A stretch of DNA of 64,000 nucleotides, taken from assembly GCA_015064745.1 (NCBI GenBank), contig SVRR01000002.1, positions 2,417 through 66,416 on the forward strand, in the 5' to 3' direction. Positions 63,053 to 64,000 of this stretch are shown one piece after another; position 1 is the first letter of the stretch; the number at the start of each line of letters is the position of its first letter. The notes beneath the pieces are model-generated. The model did no database searches. It worked only from the letters and a program-made list of their open reading frames with translations, and was not told the origin of the DNA. Source of the stretch: Oscillospiraceae bacterium. Lineage in GTDB: Bacteria > Bacillota > Clostridia > Oscillospirales > CAG-272. A program made the translations under genes and the position numbers.

Positions 63053-63895
63053 ATGAAAAAAAGAATGATGGAAGCTTCTCGTATTGTGGCATTTCAAAAA
63101 TATATGAAGCAAGAGGAACGGAGCGAAGCAACGCTTGAAAAGTATACGAGAGACGTACGCCGTTTCGTCGAATATCTTTGCGATCGCCCATTGGATAAAG
63201 CAAGCGTCGTACAGTATAAAAATGCCTTGATCAAGGAATACGCGGTGGCAAGCGCCAATTCAATGCTTGCCGCGCTGAACGCCTTTTTCCGCTTTCAAGG
63301 CTGGAATGATCTTTGCGTCAAGCAGTTTCGTGTTCAAAGGGAGGCGTATTGCTCGGAGAATAAGGAGCTGACGAGAGAGGAATATCTTCGTCTTCTGCAA
63401 GCCGCGCGAGATACGAAGGGCGACAAGCTAGCTCTCCTGTTAGAGACCATTTGCGGCACGGGGATACGGGTAAGCGAACTGAAGTTTATTACCGTTGAAG
63501 CGGTAAAGCGCGGAGAAGCGCTGGTAAGCTGTAAAGGGAAAAATCGCCGTGTTTTCCTCGTGAGCGTCTTGCGTAAAAAATTGTTACGGTATATCGCGCG
63601 CGAAAGCCTCACCACCGGCTCGGTGTTCGTAAGCGGCAGAGGGTGTCCGATTGGTCGCACTGCCGTTTGGCGTGAGATGAAGCGCTTGTGCGAGCGCGCG
63701 GGTGTCTCCTCCTCCAAGGTGTTTCCCCACAATTTGCGCCACCTGTTTGCCCGCACCTTTTACCGACTCGAAAACGATATTGCTAAGCTTGCGGATATTC
63801 TCGGACACGCAAGCATCAACACGACACGCGTTTATATCGTTTCGACGGGAACGGAGCATCGGCGGAAGATGGAAAGCATGCGTCTCGTAATATAA
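63053..63895 (+). CDS. Tyrosine recombinase (XerC/XerD-like phage-integrase family)
   Basis: 280 aa with an N-terminal SAM-like domain. GIRVSEL (Arg), HNLRHLF (H-x-x-R), GHASINTTRVY (His, catalytic Tyr). Confidence 0.88.
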   Translation: MKKRMMEASRIVAFQKYMKQEERSEATLEKYTRDVRRFVEYLCDRPLDKASVVQYKNALIKEYAVASANSMLAALNAFFRFQGWNDLCVKQFRVQREAYCSENKELTREEYLRLLQAARDTKGDKLALLLETICGTGIRVSELKFITVEAVKRGEALVSCKGKNRRVFLVSVLRKKLLRYIARESLTTGSVFVSGRGCPIGRTAVWREMKRLCERAGVSSSKVFPHNLRHLFARTFYRLENDIAKLADILGHASINTTRVYIVSTGTEHRRKMESMRLVI

Positions 63896-64000
63896 AAAAA
63901 GCCCGATGGCAAGCATCGGACAAGACAACATAACGACAGTTATGTTTTCATCGTTAGTCCATTATAGCGTTGTTTTCAAAGAAAATCAATACTTTCTAAA

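Noticed and set aside
1-64000. CRISPR arrays, rRNA genes, intact IS/transposase genes, toxin-antitoxin pairs, and reverse transcriptase/retron or DGR signatures.
   Set aside because: Scanning both strands, I found no regularly spaced 25-40-nt repeats, no rRNA-like sequence, no transposase-like ORF, no RT motifs and no compact two-gene TA-like modules.

Overview
64-kb chromosomal segment that looks like a Firmicutes/Clostridia anaerobe (gene content, AGGAGG-type SDs, sporulation and competence genes; GC roughly 50-55% by eye, not computed). Most of it is ordinary housekeeping. greA-lysS, prmA-rsmE, ribF, mgtE-valS, comEC, metF-metH, rplM-rpsI, gap, an amino-acid ABC transporter and a reverse rubrerythrin are all present. 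Four things stand out. (1) 35.9-40.2 kb holds an eroded mobile-element stump between the yhcH terminator and tRNA-Ser(CGA). It contains a C-terminal-only serine-recombinase fragment, a start-less 3.6-kb polyvalent-protein-type ORF with an out-of-frame embedded ORF, GACCAA repeats, a 22-bp duplicate of the tRNA 3' end and an 80-nt tRNA-like unit. (2) 14-21.5 kb holds an AraC-linked amino-sugar locus. It combines nagA/nagB with three Gfo/Idh/MocA oxidoreductases, a TIM-barrel isomerase/lyase-type protein and an acyltransferase-like gene that is bracketed by two near-identical 870-bp gene copies. (3) A 31-codon ORF with a strong SD and alternative pairings lies in the mgtE-valS leader, where I find no M-box or T-box. 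(4) Gene remnants and single-base homopolymer frameshifts are unusually dense. The frameshifts are all one base short, so assembly error is a serious alternative to real decay. I found no CRISPR array, no rRNA and no intact transposase. All product calls come from motif recognition by eye, and no database search was run.
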